Below are positions 61,301 to 64,000 of a stretch of DNA of 64,000 nt, in pieces; within the stretch, counting starts at the first letter, position 1, and every line of letters begins with the position of its first letter. Source of the DNA: Priapulus caudatus (lineage: Eukaryota); the NCBI RefSeq assembly GCF_000485595.1, contig NW_014577064.1:1062223-1126222 (forward strand), written 5' to 3'. The translations under genes and the position numbers were made by a program. Below the pieces are notes generated by a model, which was given only the letters and a program-made list of their open reading frames with translations, was not told where the DNA came from and made no database searches.

Positions 61301-64000
61301 TCGCCATCTGCCACCCGGAGGACCACCACCTGAGCATCATGGACCGCGTCGTGGAGCTCGCGAGCAGCCAGGCGATCAAGGAGTGGCGGCGGCTGCCGCA
61401 CGTCGTCGCCAGCATCCACGTGCCGCTGCTGCAGGCCGCGCAGCAGATCGTCGAGCTTCACGAGGCCGCGCAGATCAACCAGGGCCTGCAGCCGGCCAAC
61501 ATCGGCCGCACAAACAGCCTGCACGACATGAAGTCGATCGTGAAGACGTGGCGTAACCGGCTGCCGATCATCTCCGACGACTTGAGCCACTGGAGCGACA
61601 TTTTCACGTGGCGCCAGCATCACTACCAGTTCATCATCAGCCACTACGACAACCACGCGCAAGCCGACCCGCAGACGAACCACTCGATGCTCGGGGTGCA
61701 CGCGTCCGCGCAGGCGATCATCAACTACGGCAAGGTCGCGCGCAAGCACAACCTGACGGGTGTCTGCCTCGACTCGCTCAGCCGCATCCACACGATCCCG
61801 AGCGTGCCGATCGTCGACTGCTTCCAGAAGATTCGCCAGCAGGTGATGTGCTACCTGCAGATGGCAGGCGCGATGGGCAAGGCAGAGCTGCAGGAGGGCC
61901 TCGAGGTGATCGAGTCGACGAATCTCAAGTACTTCACGAAGGACATGACGGCCGAGTTCTACGCGCTCAAGGGCATGTTCCTCGCGCAGACGGGTCGCTC
62001 GGACGAGGCGAACAAGGCGTTCTCGGCCGCCGTGCAGATGCACGACACGCTCGTGCGCGCATGGGCGCTCTGGGGCGACTACCTCGAGCAGATCTTCGTA
62101 AAGGAGCGCGCGACGCACCTCGGCGTCTCCGCGATCACCTGCTTCCTGCACGCGTGCCGGCACCAGAACGAGACAAAGTCGCGCAAGTACCTCGCGAAGG
62201 TGCTCTGGCTGCTGACGTACGACGACGAGCGATCGTCGCTCGCCGAGGCCGTCGACAAGTACTGCGTCGGCGTGCCGCCTGTCCAGTGGTTGCCGTGGAT
62301 ACCGCAGCTGCTCACCTGCCTCGTGCGCAACGAGGGCCGGCTCGTGCTGAACCTGCTCAGCCAGGTCGGCCGCATGTACCCGCAGGCCGTCTACTTCCCG
62401 ATACGCACGCTCTACCTGACGCTCAAGATCGAGCAGCGCGAGCGATACAAGAGCGGCGGTGGCGAGCCGGCCGGCGGCGGCGACAGCAAGGGCACGGTGA
62501 CCCCGACGAGTCTCTCGGCACCCGTCACGCCGCTCGGCCCAGGAATGCCTCCTGCGATCGCCACGGCGACGGCGACGACGACACCGGTTGCCACGACGAT
62601 CGACGCGCTCTCGTCGACGCCGGCCGGCGCGTTGGAGCTCGGGCAGGGGGCGCTGTCGACGCCGCAGGGTGACGGGCCGCTGCGGAACGCTGGGCTGGAG
62701 CACCAGCTCGGGCAGCCGCCGCTGTCGGCGCCGCAGGGCGAGGGTCCGATCCGCGCGACGGCACCGATGTGGCGATGCAGCCGCATCATGCACACCCAGC
62801 GCGACCAGCATCCGACGATCCTGTCCTCGCTCGAGGGCATCGTCGACCAGATGGTCTGGTTCCGTGAGAACTGGTACGAGGAGGTGCTGCGGCAGCTCCG
62901 GCAGGGCCTCGCCAAGTGCTACGCGATCGCGTTCGAAAACCGCGGCGCGGTCAGCGAGGTAGCGATCACGCCGCACACGCTGAACTTCATCAAGAAGCTC
63001 GTTAGCACGTTCGGCGTCGGCTTCGAGAACGTGTCGAGCGTCGCGAACACGTTCTCGAGCGCGGCGTCCGAATCTCTCGCACGCCGCGCGCAGGCCACCG
63101 CACAGGACCCCGTCTTCCAGAAGATGAAGAGCCAGTTCACGGGCGACTTTGACTTTGCGATGCCTGGAGCGATGAAGCTGCACAACCTGATCAGCAAGCT
63201 GAAGAAGTGGATCAAGATCCTCGAGGCGAAAACGCGCCTGCTGCCGAAGTCGTTCCTCATCGAGGAGAAGTGTCGCTTCCTGAGCAATTTCTCCCAGAGC
63301 ACCGCTGAAGTGGAGCTGCCCGGAGAGTTCCTGCTGCCGAAGCACAGCCACTATTACATCCGCATCGCGCGCTTCATGCCACGCGTCGAGATCGTTCAGA
63401 AGCACAGCAGCGCCGCGCGCCGCCTCTACGTGCGCGGCCACAACGGCAAGGTGTACCCGTACCTGATCGTCAACGACGCCTACCTGTCGGATTCGCGGGG
63501 CGAGGAGCGCGTGCTGCAGCTCATGCGCATGCTCAACACGTTCCTCAACAAGCAGAAGGAGACGAGTCGACGCCTGCTTAACTTCACCGTGCCGCGCGCT
63601 GTCGCCGTCTCGCCACAGATGCGCCTCGTCGAGGATAACCCGTCGTCGGTGTCCCTCAGCGAGATTTACCGGCTGTGCTGCGCGCGCCACGGCACCGACC
63701 ACGATCTCCCCATCGCGCGCTACTACGAGCGCCTCGCAGCTGTGCAAGCACGCGGCTCGCAGGCCAGCCACCAGGTGCTGCGTGACATACTGCGCGAGGT
63801 GCAGACGAACGTGGTGCCGCGCGGCATGCTGCGCGAGTGGACGTGCCACGCGTTTCCAAACGCCACCGACTACTGGACGTTCCGCAAGTTCTTCACCGCA
63901 CAGCTGGCGTTGCTCGGCTTTGCCGAGTTCGTACTGCACCTCTCGCGTCTGAACCCGGACATGCTCTACGTGCACCAGGACTCTGGCTTCCTCAACGTCG
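58339..64000 (+). CDS. TRRAP: TRRAP, second coding exon (HEAT, FAT, start of pseudokinase); continues beyond window
   Basis: ttgcag|GTCTTTCAC continues IVLQ-VFHSLLKAH. Contains FAT motifs (TWRNRLP, QWLPWIPQLL) and the PI3K-like region GHNGKVYPY...SRLNPDML. No stop seen in this frame. Confidence 0.97.

Noticed and set aside
52316..63975. Long antisense ORFs (455, 715, 704, 932 aa) opposite TRRAP
   Set aside because: Shadow ORFs. C/G-ending codon bias removes TTA/CTA/TCA codons and therefore antisense stops; the translations show no recognisable motifs.

Overview
Draft genomic DNA from an invertebrate animal, with N-gaps and some indel-rich patches. The TTAGGG-type repeats argue weakly against an insect or nematode (inference). 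Four spliced protein-coding genes lie as two head-to-head pairs. (1) A PAP2/phospholipid phosphatase (PLPP/wunen-like) on the minus strand, ~2.1-7.3 kb; its first exon was not found and one intron is GC-AG. (2) A CCDC117-like gene on the plus strand, 13452-19060, with 8 coding exons. (3) UNC119 on the minus strand, 33048-48372, with 5 exons, two of them garbled by indels. (4) TRRAP on the plus strand, from 52238 past the window end, encoded by two giant GC/CpG-rich exons. Non-coding DNA is dense with DNA-transposon derivatives: a 9-bp-TSD MITE family carrying TTAGGG repeats (6 copies), hAT-, Kolobok-, Harbinger- and P/hAT-like MITEs, a 3.6-kb AcademX element and a probable P-type excision footprint. 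There are also Gypsy and LINE remnants, microsatellites and a 38-bp minisatellite. No prokaryotic-type system (CRISPR, operon) is present, and I found no clearly novel multi-gene system. All assignments come from manual reading and recalled motifs, not from database searches.
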